The notes: a model not told the origin generated them from the sequence alone. A DNA stretch of 64,000 nt from IMGVR_UViG_3300047548_001122:124001-188000, one strand, 5' to 3'. Positions 47,152 to 57,096 are shown, numbered from the stretch's first letter. Numbers and translations: made by a program.

Positions 47152-49896
47152 ATGAAATTTAAAGACTTTCTAACAGAAAAGAAAGAAGTACATGCCGTAA
47201 TGGCCTTTGGGAGAATGAATCCCATAACTTCTGGCCACGAAAAATTAGTCAACGCTGTCAAAAAAGTTGCTGCCAAAGTTGGCGGTTCACATATTATCGC
47301 ACTATCACATTCTCAAGACCCAAAGAAAAATCCTCTCACAGCCGCACAAAAAGTCAAATACGCCAAAGGTGCATTTCCTGGCACAAATTTTGTTGCTGCA
47401 TCTAAAGACGCACCTACATTCTTTGAACACGCCGAAAAACTATACAAACAAGGTGTAACACATTTACATATGATTGGTGGTTCTGATCGCGTAGAAGAAT
47501 ATAACAAATTACTTCACAAATATAATGGCACACATAAAGGTGCTCGTTTCAATTTTAAAACCATCGAAGTACATTCTGCTGGTGAACGTGATCCTGATGC
47601 AGATGGCGTCGAAGGAATTTCTGCAAGTAAGATGCGTGAGGCAGCAAGTAAAGGAGACTTTAATACTTTTAAGAAAGGTGCTCCGTCAACAATGTCAGTC
47701 GATCTAATGAAACAAATGTATAAAGATGTACGCAAAGGTATGAACCTTAAAGAAAGTATTAATGAAGAATTTGAAGAACTTTTGATTGAAGGTGTTCACG
47801 ACAAAGGTATTTTTAAAGCTGTATTTTTAGCAGGTGGTCCAGGTTCAGGTAAAGATTATGTATTGAGTAATACACTTGATGGTCATGGTTTAACTGAAAT
47901 CAATTCTGATAAGGCTTTAGAATTTTTAATGGACAAAAAAGGTCTCGATAAAAGAATGCCTGCAAGTGAAACGGAAGCTAGAGATAAAGTTAGAGCTAAA
48001 GCAAAAAATGTTACAGAGCTTCGTCAAAGACTTGCATTACAAGGAAGAAATGGACTAATCATTAATGGTACTGGTGATGATGTTGAAAAAGTAACAAGAA
48101 TCAAATCTAAGTTGGAAGAATTAGGTTACGACACTTCAATGATTTTAGTGAATACGAATGATGAAGTATCTGCTCAAAGAAATATTGAACGTGGTCAAAG
48201 AGGTGGTCGCACAGTACCAGAAACCATTCGTAAAGAAAAATGGGACAATGTTCAAAATGCTCGTACTGAATATGCAAAACTTTTTTCTAATAATTATATG
48301 GAGTTTGATAACTCCGAAGATTTGAGACAAGCTCCTCCTGATGTTGTTAAAAGTAAAAAAATGGAGATGATGCAACTGTTTAAAAACGTACAACAGTTTG
48401 TTGCACAACCTCCTCAATCACCTGCTGCACAAGAGTGGGTAGCAAATGAATTAGAACAAAAAGATACTCTTAAACCACCAAAAAATGGTGTTGAACAAGT
48501 TGTACCACATGGTTCGAGTGCAGCAGAAGAAGCCAGAAAATTAGGATTACAATATTATGGTTTCGGTAGATATGGTAAAAACGGAAAAACTACACACCGT
48601 TCCATTCATGATAAACTTGTACAAGTTACTGATAAAAAACCAGAACAACCTAAACTACCTACACCTGGTTCTTCACCAATTTCAAACAAAAAAAATGTTT
48701 CAGAAGAAATTAATATTGATGAAGAATTTAACGAAATGCTTGATTCTTTAGATGAAGATTTACGTAAATGGTTTGACCCAAAACATCCAGAAGGTGGTTG
48801 GAAAAGAATTAACTCTAAAGGTGAAGCTATAGGTCCTTGCGCTCGTGAACCAGGTGAACCAAAACCAAAATGCATGTCAAACGAAAAGAGAGCTAAGTTG
48901 AGTAAACAAGAAAGAGCTTCTGCTGTTGCTGCAAAACGCAAACATGATCCTATTGCAGATAGATCGGGTAAAGGTGGTAAACCAGTAAACGTTTCCAATT
49001 TTGGAAAAGGTAAATTGTCTGAATCTGTAACAGTTTCAATTACTGGTGATACTGTTGATGAAGTTAAAGATTTCTTCAACACAATGGGATCAAATTTAAA
49101 TACAACTACAGAACAATATGCATTATCAGATTCCAAAAAAGAATTGATAACTCTGGGTAAATTTACTCAACCATTTGGTGAGAAAATGGAAAATACCACC
49201 ATTACAAATGATATGGTTGAAAATATGCTTGAACAGAAAGAACCTAATTTACTCAAAGACAAGAGTGGTAAAGTTAGGGTATTCATGTTAAGATCGGTAG
49301 CGGCTAAAGAAGCTCATACAAGTCAAGGTACAGTTTTAAAGTATAAAAACGGTTATGTCGTTAAACTAAAAGAGGAGATTGAAGATGTTGAAGTTTATAA
49401 AGGAACTATTCGGAATTGGATTGAAGAATCCAGAAAAACATGGATTGGAGGGAGCAACCAGAGCACCCAACGAGGACTTCTCACAGAGAGTGGAACAATA
49501 TCAAACGGAAGTTCCGAAGGTAGAGGAACCGAAAGTAGAAGAATTGAAAGTGGAGAAACCAAAGAAGAAACAACCATCCAAGAAGCCTGCGAAAATAACT
49601 CCACAACCGCAACCAAAAAAATCACCCTCGCAGAAATCAAACAGAGGCAGAAAGCCAAACACCAAAAACAAATCGACGAAATAGATCGAGGTATTGAACC
49701 TGGCATATCAATGGCTGGTGCTGGCGAAGGCATCGGCCGTGATATGGGTGAAAAAATTAAAAAAAGGTCACATAAAGTTACTGTTGTTGAATTAACTGGT
49801 GATGAAACAACAGCATCTATTGGTGACCAAAAAGAAGATGAGTTAAAGAAAAAAGGTATCTCACTAACTACATTTAAAAAGAGAAACTACATATGA
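47152..49896 (+). CDS. Modular putative internal head protein: HIGH nucleotidyltransferase + Zeta/AAA_33-like P-loop kinase + small modules
   Basis: MKFKDFLTE; FGRMNPITSGH; LIE|GVHDKG..AGGPGSGKD..GGRTVPE; EEINIDEE and SLDE|DLRKWF linkers. Confidence 0.7.
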   Translation: MKFKDFLTEKKEVHAVMAFGRMNPITSGHEKLVNAVKKVAAKVGGSHIIALSHSQDPKKNPLTAAQKVKYAKGAFPGTNFVAASKDAPTFFEHAEKLYKQGVTHLHMIGGSDRVEEYNKLLHKYNGTHKGARFNFKTIEVHSAGERDPDADGVEGISASKMREAASKGDFNTFKKGAPSTMSVDLMKQMYKDVRKGMNLKESINEEFEELLIEGVHDKGIFKAVFLAGGPGSGKDYVLSNTLDGHGLTEINSDKALEFLMDKKGLDKRMPASETEARDKVRAKAKNVTELRQRLALQGRNGLIINGTGDDVEKVTRIKSKLEELGYDTSMILVNTNDEVSAQRNIERGQRGGRTVPETIRKEKWDNVQNARTEYAKLFSNNYMEFDNSEDLRQAPPDVVKSKKMEMMQLFKNVQQFVAQPPQSPAAQEWVANELEQKDTLKPPKNGVEQVVPHGSSAAEEARKLGLQYYGFGRYGKNGKTTHRSIHDKLVQVTDKKPEQPKLPTPGSSPISNKKNVSEEINIDEEFNEMLDSLDEDLRKWFDPKHPEGGWKRINSKGEAIGPCAREPGEPKPKCMSNEKRAKLSKQERASAVAAKRKHDPIADRSGKGGKPVNVSNFGKGKLSESVTVSITGDTVDEVKDFFNTMGSNLNTTTEQYALSDSKKELITLGKFTQPFGEKMENTTITNDMVENMLEQKEPNLLKDKSGKVRVFMLRSVAAKEAHTSQGTVLKYKNGYVVKLKEEIEDVEVYKGTIRNWIEESRKTWIGGSNQSTQRGLLTESGTISNGSSEGRGTESRRIESGETKEETTIQEACENNSTTATKKITLAEIKQRQKAKHQKQIDEIDRGIEPGISMAGAGEGIGRDMGEKIKKRSHKVTVVELTGDETTASIGDQKEDELKKKGISLTTFKKRNYI
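49385..49684 (+). CDS. Nested out-of-frame gene, small Lys/Pro-rich protein
   Basis: GAGGAG 7 nt before ATG; MLKFIKELFGIG amphipathic start and KKQPSKKPAK tail; wholly inside 47152..49896. Confidence 0.55.
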   Translation: MLKFIKELFGIGLKNPEKHGLEGATRAPNEDFSQRVEQYQTEVPKVEEPKVEELKVEKPKKKQPSKKPAKITPQPQPKKSPSQKSNRGRKPNTKNKSTK

Positions 49897-50420
49897 AGTC
49901 ATTTACTCAATTCATAAACGAAGAAGTTGAAATTCTGGATGAAATGCCTGGTGCCAATATGGACACCAGAGCGGTTCATCAACATCTGAAAAAACAAGGA
50001 TGGAAATTAACCAGAAGTTCTGGCAATCATGATGTGTTTACTCATCCAGATGCTAAACATCACATTCCCGTTCCTCGTCACAAACAATTGAAAGCTCCTT
50101 TAGTTCGTGGTATCTTAAAACAAGCTAAAGTAAATGAAGAAGTTGAATTGGATGAAACTGCTGCATGGCAACGTAAAGAAGGTAAAAATCCTGAAGGTGG
50201 ATTAAACCGTAAAGGTATCGAATCGTATCGCCGTGAAAATCCTGGTTCTAAACTATCGATGGCTGTAACTACTCCTCCATCAAAACTAAAACCAGGTTCA
50301 AAGGCTGCAAAGAGAAGAAAATCCTTTTGTGCAAGAATGGGTGGTATGCCTGGTCCAATGAAGGATGAAAAAGGTCGTCCAACAAGAAAAGCATTATCTT
50401 TGCGTAAATGGAACTGCTAA
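49893..50420 (+). CDS. Putative internal protein: HicA-like RNase module + C-terminal basic module
   Basis: MKSFTQFINE; HLKKQGWKLTRSSGNHDVFTHP..IPVPRH..LVRGILKQA; EEVELDE linker; RRKSFCARM. Confidence 0.75.
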   Translation: MKSFTQFINEEVEILDEMPGANMDTRAVHQHLKKQGWKLTRSSGNHDVFTHPDAKHHIPVPRHKQLKAPLVRGILKQAKVNEEVELDETAAWQRKEGKNPEGGLNRKGIESYRRENPGSKLSMAVTTPPSKLKPGSKAAKRRKSFCARMGGMPGPMKDEKGRPTRKALSLRKWNC

Positions 50421-51719
50421 ATGGCACAGTTTAGAACCGACAAAAACATTATCGATTCGGGTCAAGTATTTACTCGATATGAGATAATGATGTTATCTGA
50501 TAGGCTGACACCATCTGGTACAGCCACAGATGCGTTCGGTCGTTTACGTGTTGCTGAACCACATACTCTTTTTGATTCACAACATCAAGACGTTGAAAAT
50601 GATAAATGGGATACACTCATTACAGGTTCGGGCACCAAAACACATTTACCAAATGAATCTGTAATTGCTTTAGAAATTGGTACTGCAAATAACGATGGTA
50701 TTATTCGTGAAACACTAAGAACAATGCCATACCAACCAGGCAAATCATTGTTGATTATGAGCACATTTGCTATGGGACAACCAAAAGCGAACGTTGTTCA
50801 GAGAGTAGGATATTATGGAGCAAATAACGGAATTTATTTTGAAAACGATTCTGGAAATAACTATGTTGTATTAAGAAGTTCTGTTACAGGAAATGTTGTA
50901 GAAACTAGAGTTGCACAAACAAATTGGAATGTGGATAAATTTGATGGTACGGGATATTCGAGTCAGGGAACAGGACCAGAACACGTTGATGGAATAAATG
51001 TAAACAAATCAAATCTTTTTTGGATTGATATTGAATGGCTAGGCGTTGGTGATGTTCGATGTGGTTTTTTGAATGACGGCCTATTAAAAACTGCACACAT
51101 ATTTCATAACGACAATAAAAACAATACAACTTATATGCGTAGTGCAATTCAACCATTGCGATATGAAATATTTAACAAAGGTGTTACAACATCAAATACG
51201 CTGATGCGTCAAATTTGTTCTACAGTCATATCCGAAGGTGGTTATACACAAATTAATCAATCAAGGTCAGCATCAAATCCTTTGGCTGGTAAAAACTTAA
51301 CTGTTAGTATTAATAACCCAATGGTAAGCCTTCGGTTAAAAAATGGTAGAACAAATGCTGTCGTTGTACCTGTTGCAATTGATATGTATGGATTACAAGC
51401 AACAGCATTTAAATATAGAGTGTATGAGAATGTCACAAGTTTAACCGGTCCATCATGGGTTACAACCGACGCCGCAAGTGCAGTTGAGTATGATATATCG
51501 GCAACGGCAATGACTGGTGGAACTTTACTTAAAGAAGGTATTTTCAAAGGATTAGAAGTTGCAAAAGAAGTTAATTTGTTACAACTATTAGATGGTGTTA
51601 TACAACTAACAAGAAAAATAAATGCAAACACTGGCGACATATTCACGGTTGCAATAGAACCAACAACAAACAACGATGATGCTATCGTAGCATTATCATG
51701 GCAAGAACACATTAATTAA
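50421..51719 (+). CDS. Putative virion structural protein (beta-rich)
   Basis: DAFGRLRV..PHTLFDS, YQPGKS, WLGVG.VRCGF; late cluster. Confidence 0.55.
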   Translation: MAQFRTDKNIIDSGQVFTRYEIMMLSDRLTPSGTATDAFGRLRVAEPHTLFDSQHQDVENDKWDTLITGSGTKTHLPNESVIALEIGTANNDGIIRETLRTMPYQPGKSLLIMSTFAMGQPKANVVQRVGYYGANNGIYFENDSGNNYVVLRSSVTGNVVETRVAQTNWNVDKFDGTGYSSQGTGPEHVDGINVNKSNLFWIDIEWLGVGDVRCGFLNDGLLKTAHIFHNDNKNNTTYMRSAIQPLRYEIFNKGVTTSNTLMRQICSTVISEGGYTQINQSRSASNPLAGKNLTVSINNPMVSLRLKNGRTNAVVVPVAIDMYGLQATAFKYRVYENVTSLTGPSWVTTDAASAVEYDISATAMTGGTLLKEGIFKGLEVAKEVNLLQLLDGVIQLTRKINANTGDIFTVAIEPTTNNDDAIVALSWQEHIN

Positions 51720-51734
51720 AAATAGGAGACTCAA

Positions 51735-53141
51735 ATGTTTCAAGACAAACTAACAAGAGAAATTGCTGCAGCTGCTGCACAAATCAAAACAGAACCACCA
51801 AAGAATGAAGTTAATTCTGAGTCTGTTGAGGGTGCAGTCGTTTCTGTTATGACGAATGAAGAACTAAAAGGCAATCAACACAAGATTGATGCTAACAAAA
51901 ACGGCAAAGTTGATGCACATGACTTTAAACTTCTTCGTGCCAAGAAAGGTAAAACGGTAGAAGAAGGCATTAAAGGTGCTGGTATAGGTGCTGCTGTAGG
52001 TTCTGTTGCTGGTGGACCGATTGGTGCAGCAGTTGGTGGTGCTTTGGGGCATGTAGCAGGTGAAGTTCTATCAAGTGCTAAGAATAAAACAAAAGCTATG
52101 TATCGTATTGCAAAAGGTCCTTCGATGGCCGACAGCAAAATAAAGAAAGAAGAAGTTGAAGAACTCGATGAATTGTTTGGAAAAGGTAAATTACCAGCAA
52201 TTGCAGCATATCACAAAGAAAAAGGTGCTGAAGCTAAAGGTAAGATGGAAACAATTAGAAGTGGTAACACTAAACTTCCTGTTCCAAAATCTACATCTGC
52301 TAAAATCTTTTCTAAAGATGCTGAAGCTAAATATCATTCAACTCAGGAGAAAAGAGCAAAATCTTTGATGAAAAAAGAAGAAGTTGAATCCGTTGAAGAG
52401 GGATTTGGTGATCTAGTTAAAGGTATTAAACGTGTCGTTGCCGGTAAAAAGAGTCCTAGTGCCGTAAGAGATGCACACTTAGCAAAATCTGCTTTTAGTA
52501 CAGATCCGAAAGTTAAAGAGCGTGAAGGTCGCCGTTACGATAAAGTGGATAACTTCATGATGAAAAAAGAAGAAACGGAATTGGATGAAGCCTTTCCAAC
52601 TGTAGCTGATGCTAGAAAACGTATGGCTGCAAAAGAAAGTGGTTTCGAGAAAAAGAAAATTTCTACTGGTACAGTTTACTCACGTAAGTATAAGGCAGAA
52701 CCAGAAGAGAATGATGAAGCGCCAAAGAAAAAGGCCAAGACCATGAAAGAAATGTTGAGTATCTATTCAGCAGGTGGCGCCGAAGCTTTGGTAGAAAATC
52801 TCATGATCGAAGAACCATCACAAGATGAATATAAAAAGGAAGTTGAAACTGCTCAGGCAAAAGCTGACGGTAAAATTCGTAACGATAAAGGTATAGCTAA
52901 AGCAGCATCACAGGGTGTAAAGATGGAAGAAGTTGAAATTGAAGTTCTTGATGCAGATGAAATCAATGGAGTTCAGATTGACAATATTGAAGAGCGCCAC
53001 ATGACTGATGCTGAAATGGATAAACGTGAAGAAATCGTTAAGTCAATGAAAAAAGGTATTCAAGGTTTCAAAGATCGTTATGGCGATAAAGCAAAAAATG
53101 TAATGTATGCTACTGCAACCAAATTGTCCAAAAAGGATTAA
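51735..53141 (+). CDS. Modular putative internal head protein
   Basis: Repeated KKEEVEELDE / KKEEVESVEE / KKEETELDE linkers separating basic modules. Confidence 0.6.
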   Translation: MFQDKLTREIAAAAAQIKTEPPKNEVNSESVEGAVVSVMTNEELKGNQHKIDANKNGKVDAHDFKLLRAKKGKTVEEGIKGAGIGAAVGSVAGGPIGAAVGGALGHVAGEVLSSAKNKTKAMYRIAKGPSMADSKIKKEEVEELDELFGKGKLPAIAAYHKEKGAEAKGKMETIRSGNTKLPVPKSTSAKIFSKDAEAKYHSTQEKRAKSLMKKEEVESVEEGFGDLVKGIKRVVAGKKSPSAVRDAHLAKSAFSTDPKVKEREGRRYDKVDNFMMKKEETELDEAFPTVADARKRMAAKESGFEKKKISTGTVYSRKYKAEPEENDEAPKKKAKTMKEMLSIYSAGGAEALVENLMIEEPSQDEYKKEVETAQAKADGKIRNDKGIAKAASQGVKMEEVEIEVLDADEINGVQIDNIEERHMTDAEMDKREEIVKSMKKGIQGFKDRYGDKAKNVMYATATKLSKKD

Positions 53142-53143
53142 AC

Positions 53144-54571
53144 ATGAAGAAGATGTCTGACGTTTTCAAATCCATTCGTTTTGCCAAAATGGACCCAAAA
53201 CACGATAAGCCCGAAATTGGTGGTTCGAAAGATGACGAGGAACATTATACTGTTGGTGAAAAGGAATATGAACAACAGGTAAAACATGTAAAAAAGCGTG
53301 CTATGCAAGAAGAAAAGAAAGACAAATATGATGAAGGTGAATATGACCGAGAAGGCGATATGGCTAAATCTGATCTTCGTTCTATCATTGCAAATGCAAA
53401 AAGATTGCATGATATGATCGAAGATTCGGCTAACCTTCCTGAATGGGTGCAGTCTAAAATTACTGTTGCTGAAGATTATATTTCTACAGTTGCTAATTAT
53501 ATGACATCAGAAATGAGTGAAGGGGTATCTGATAAGTTGTACAAATCTCATCAAGATTTGCGTAAGAAGAGTGGGTTACCTCATCCCGATTACTACAAAG
53601 CATTAGGTAAATCTTATGACATTGAAGATGATAAAGAACGCCTTACACATCAATCTGAATTAAAGAAAAAATATGGTGTGAAAGAAGAGGTTGAACTTGA
53701 AGAGTCCTCTAAATTTGCAAAAATTTTTGATAAGAGAGTCAAACAAAGAGAACTCAATAAATTACCTAAAGAACCAAAAGGTGAATATGAACGTAAAGTG
53801 GACAAGTATTTGAAGAAGAAATATAACAAAGAAGAAGTTGAACTTCAAGAAGGTCGTCCATCACAACGCCATCCATTAGAGGGTCATGAGTATCACAAAA
53901 AGTCTAATGAAGAATTGATTGGTATTGCTAAAGATGCACATGCGGCTGCTGAAGCAATGAAGGGTCACAGTACCAGAGCAGAAAACAAATATCGTGACCA
54001 AGCAAATGATTCTGCAACAGTACGTTATTTCCGACAAAAGAGTGGTATGCCTGACTGGTACAAAAAGAAGTATGGTCATGTCAAAGAAGGAGTAGAACTT
54101 GAAGAGGGTTTACAACAAACTCTTAGAAAAGTTGTTCCTGGTTATGCAAAGAAACAAATAAACGATAAAATGGACCGTGAAAAGTTTGGTAGAAGAGATG
54201 TGGATAAAGACGAGAATTATTATCGTTATAAAAAAGTCCTCGACAAATTAAAAAAAGAAGATGTTGAACAATTAGAAGAAAAGAATGTTCCAACTTCTCC
54301 AGAAAAATGGGCTCAAGCCAAAGCACAAGCAAAGGCCAAGTTTGACGTTTATCCTTCTGCCTATGCAAATGGTTGGGCTGCAAAGAAATATAAAGCAATG
54401 GGTGGTGGTTGGAAATCAGTCAGTGAAGAATCTATTTTAGAGTCTCGTAAGGCTGAAATTGTCAAAAAGATAGTTAAGAGTAAAAAAACTAATAGTGATG
54501 ATAAATTTGAACCTAACCCTATCATGTCGAAAGATGAAGATAGGGGCAGAGATAACATAAATAACAAGTAA
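53144..54571 (+). CDS. Modular putative internal head protein
   Basis: Repeated KEEVELEE / KEEVELQE / KEGVELEE / KEDVEQLEE linkers. Confidence 0.6.
   Translation: MKKMSDVFKSIRFAKMDPKHDKPEIGGSKDDEEHYTVGEKEYEQQVKHVKKRAMQEEKKDKYDEGEYDREGDMAKSDLRSIIANAKRLHDMIEDSANLPEWVQSKITVAEDYISTVANYMTSEMSEGVSDKLYKSHQDLRKKSGLPHPDYYKALGKSYDIEDDKERLTHQSELKKKYGVKEEVELEESSKFAKIFDKRVKQRELNKLPKEPKGEYERKVDKYLKKKYNKEEVELQEGRPSQRHPLEGHEYHKKSNEELIGIAKDAHAAAEAMKGHSTRAENKYRDQANDSATVRYFRQKSGMPDWYKKKYGHVKEGVELEEGLQQTLRKVVPGYAKKQINDKMDREKFGRRDVDKDENYYRYKKVLDKLKKEDVEQLEEKNVPTSPEKWAQAKAQAKAKFDVYPSAYANGWAAKKYKAMGGGWKSVSEESILESRKAEIVKKIVKSKKTNSDDKFEPNPIMSKDEDRGRDNINNK
54556..54563 (+). promoter_or_regulatory. Late promoter variant CATAAATA
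   Basis: One mismatch to consensus, upstream of AGGAG RBS of 54596. Confidence 0.5.
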
Positions 54572-54595
54572 AAACAATTTTTAGGAGAAATAAAA

Positions 54596-54934
54596 ATGCC
54601 TTTATTTTCAGCAACAGATGCAAACACCGGTGCCCCAAAATGGGCAGTAGCTAGTGGTCTTGGTGTGTCTGCAAATGGATTTACATTATATGCAAACACC
54701 ACTTCTGGTGCATACGTAAGTGGCGCAGCAGTTGGTGTTTTTGGTGTTAACGCAACAGAAATCGGTCTAGCAAATAATGCCTTAAATAAACCAGCACATA
54801 CTGGTTGGGTATTAAGAACGCAAGGTACTGGTGGTCGTGCAGGTCGTATTCAAACTGAAGTTCTTGTAGCCGGCGGTATGAGTGCTGACACTTCAGCAAC
54901 AGCTAACGACAACGTTGTTTACGCCAATACCTAA
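54596..54934 (+). CDS. Putative small virion protein
   Basis: AGGAG RBS; HTGWVLRTQGTGGRAGRIQTEVLVA. Confidence 0.55.
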   Translation: MPLFSATDANTGAPKWAVASGLGVSANGFTLYANTTSGAYVSGAAVGVFGVNATEIGLANNALNKPAHTGWVLRTQGTGGRAGRIQTEVLVAGGMSADTSATANDNVVYANT

Positions 54935-55353
54935 TGAGATACGAGGACGATAGCATCGAATCTGCTTCGACACCTAAAACCATTCAGGCAGGTCAAGCAA
55001 TCGATGCACATGAACCATCAGGTGAGGATTCAATCTCAGCATTGAATCCGAACGTGATTACTGAAATCAATTTCAGACTCAGAAATGAACTGAATGAAAT
55101 ATTACTCAATGCCGATCAAGGTATTCAAAAAATAAGAAAGACCTTGCATCGGTATGGGTTTGATTTACCTGCTATTTACGAGGCAGATAGAGAAGGTGAT
55201 GAACTAGTCATTGAATTAAATCAATTTGGATTCGATGATATAGAGAGTAATATATACATTTTGTATTATATGACTGATAAAGGAGTTTATGAGTTTTATG
55301 CTGAAATTGGTGATGACGAACGTATGGATGAACTATTGTCCGACGGTATTTAA
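54934..55353 (+). CDS. Acidic hypothetical protein
   Basis: TAATG coupled ORF. Confidence 0.55.
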   Translation: MRYEDDSIESASTPKTIQAGQAIDAHEPSGEDSISALNPNVITEINFRLRNELNEILLNADQGIQKIRKTLHRYGFDLPAIYEADREGDELVIELNQFGFDDIESNIYILYYMTDKGVYEFYAEIGDDERMDELLSDGI

Positions 55354-55364
55354 AAAGAAAAATA

Positions 55365-55757
55365 ATGGTTTTTGATAATTTGACTAGTGAAAATATAATG
55401 CTTTATGCAATGAAGATTTATGATAGACCAGATTGCATCATGAGTGAGTTTAAAGAAGATATGAAACGATTCAACTATTTAAAAAGGTTGTTTCGTAGGT
55501 ATAGAAAAATAGGTGAAATAAAAGAACGTTTAGTTCTGAATCACTTGGTTGTTCTTTATAACGTTTTTGGTGCTGAAGCAATGACCAGAATGTTATTTTT
55601 TAAAATGTCAAAAGATGACCTACCAATAGTAAAAACATATCTTTTATTTTTAAGTTGTATGCCAGAAATTGTAAAGGGTATAAAAGGACAAGATATACTT
55701 TCTTCCGATATACCTGTTGATTTAAAGATAGCTGAAGTTTTAAGAGAAATAAAATGA
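55365..55757 (+). CDS. Conserved T4-like hypothetical protein
   Basis: EF.EDMKRFNYLKRL, RLVLNHLVVLYNVFG. Confidence 0.65.
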   Translation: MVFDNLTSENIMLYAMKIYDRPDCIMSEFKEDMKRFNYLKRLFRRYRKIGEIKERLVLNHLVVLYNVFGAEAMTRMLFFKMSKDDLPIVKTYLLFLSCMPEIVKGIKGQDILSSDIPVDLKIAEVLREIK

Positions 55758-55981
55758 CCAACGAATTTAAAAAACAATGTGGTGAAGGAATGTATTGGTG
55801 CAACACTGATAAAAAGTGTAAACCAATACAGGAAGATATGCCCACAAATAATGCTGGAGGTGGTGCTGTTGCAGGCATTGGTGTTGGTCCACAAGGTGAA
55901 CCTGGTATAAACAAAAAGAAAAAAAGAAATTTAATCCCTTTAATGGCCTTTATGAGAAGAAAAGCAAATGTGGCTTCTTAG
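55754..55981 (+). CDS. Small hypothetical protein
   Basis: ATGA coupled; CGEGMYWC, EDMPTNNAGGG. Confidence 0.5.
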   Translation: MTNEFKKQCGEGMYWCNTDKKCKPIQEDMPTNNAGGGAVAGIGVGPQGEPGINKKKKRNLIPLMAFMRRKANVAS

Positions 55982-56483
55982 TTTTTTATCGACAGAGTTT
56001 TTGGAGTATGTTGTTAATTCAGTATTGATTTTGGGTATTGTTGGTACTATCGTAGGATTTTTTGGCGGCAAAATACCTTTTGTCGGGTCTTATTTAAATA
56101 TTATTAAATATGTTTCTATTGTTCTATTCTGCATTGGTTTATATTGGAAAGGTGGAATGAGTGTAGAAAAAGAATGGCGTCAAAGAGTTGAAGAGATGGA
56201 AGCAAAAGTAAGAGCTGCCGAAGAAAAGTCAAAAGAAGTAAACACTGAAATAGAAACGAAAGTAGTTCAAAAAACTAAAGTAATCAGAGAAAAGGGTAAG
56301 ATACAGATTGAATATATCAATCGTTTAGTTGAAGGTAAAACGGTTGAAATCGTAAAAGATATGAGTGCAGAAGAAAGAGCAGTTTTTGAAGCAAAACAAA
56401 AAGAATTATTAGATTCAATCAAAAATTGTCCAATACCTAGAATTATTATAGAAGAACATAATAAAGCGACAGAATCAAAATGA
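55968..56483 (+). CDS. i-spanin (Rz)-like membrane protein
   Basis: N-terminal TM segments, periplasmic coiled coil, C-terminal Cys; precedes a lipoprotein. Confidence 0.65.
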   Translation: MWLLSFLSTEFLEYVVNSVLILGIVGTIVGFFGGKIPFVGSYLNIIKYVSIVLFCIGLYWKGGMSVEKEWRQRVEEMEAKVRAAEEKSKEVNTEIETKVVQKTKVIREKGKIQIEYINRLVEGKTVEIVKDMSAEERAVFEAKQKELLDSIKNCPIPRIIIEEHNKATESK

Positions 56484-56746
56484 AATCATACACTATTTTA
56501 TTAAGTTTATTACTTGTTGGTTGTTCGACAACTGTACCTGTCGTAGCAAAGTTTCCAGAAGCACCAAAATCTTTAACAGAAAATTGTTCACCGTTGAAAA
56601 AAATAGACGGTGAAACTGTTTCTATTGTAGATTTGCACAAAGTTGTGGTTGAAAATTACACCACACATCATGAATGTGCCATAAAGGTAGAATCTTGGAA
56701 TGAATGGTATATTAAACAGAAACAAATATTTGAGGAAATAAAATGA
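56480..56746 (+). CDS. o-spanin (Rz1)-like lipoprotein
   Basis: Lipobox LLVG|C, Pro-rich FPEAP, two further Cys; ATGA overlap with i-spanin. Confidence 0.7.
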   Translation: MKSYTILLSLLLVGCSTTVPVVAKFPEAPKSLTENCSPLKKIDGETVSIVDLHKVVVENYTTHHECAIKVESWNEWYIKQKQIFEEIK

Positions 56747-57096
56747 AATATTTAATGATTGCAGTATTATCAATTTCTTTAATGGGTTGTACTACTATTA
56801 AAAAATATTGGCCAAGAGATCATGACCCCGTTATGTTTAGTCAGTTAGTTGAAATTGATAGAATGGTTGAAATGGTAGATTGTGAAAATCCTGATTGGCG
56901 TATGGCTGAAAATTTAAGTTCACATTTATCCAGATATACTGAATGGCGTCAAGACCCACAAGCGGAAAATATTAAAGGTTTACATTCTCATACTGTTCGT
57001 ATGAGTAAAGGTGGCAGTAAAACGTTTTGTGAACTCGGTAAAAAAACTGCTGCACAAAGAATACAAGCAGCTAAAAGTGCATGGGAGGGAAGATAA
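56743..57096 (+). CDS. Lipoprotein
   Basis: Lipobox SLMG|C. Confidence 0.65.
   Translation: MKYLMIAVLSISLMGCTTIKKYWPRDHDPVMFSQLVEIDRMVEMVDCENPDWRMAENLSSHLSRYTEWRQDPQAENIKGLHSHTVRMSKGGSKTFCELGKKTAAQRIQAAKSAWEGR

Noticed and set aside
49893-50420. HicAB toxin-antitoxin pair
   Set aside because: Neither neighbour resembles HicB
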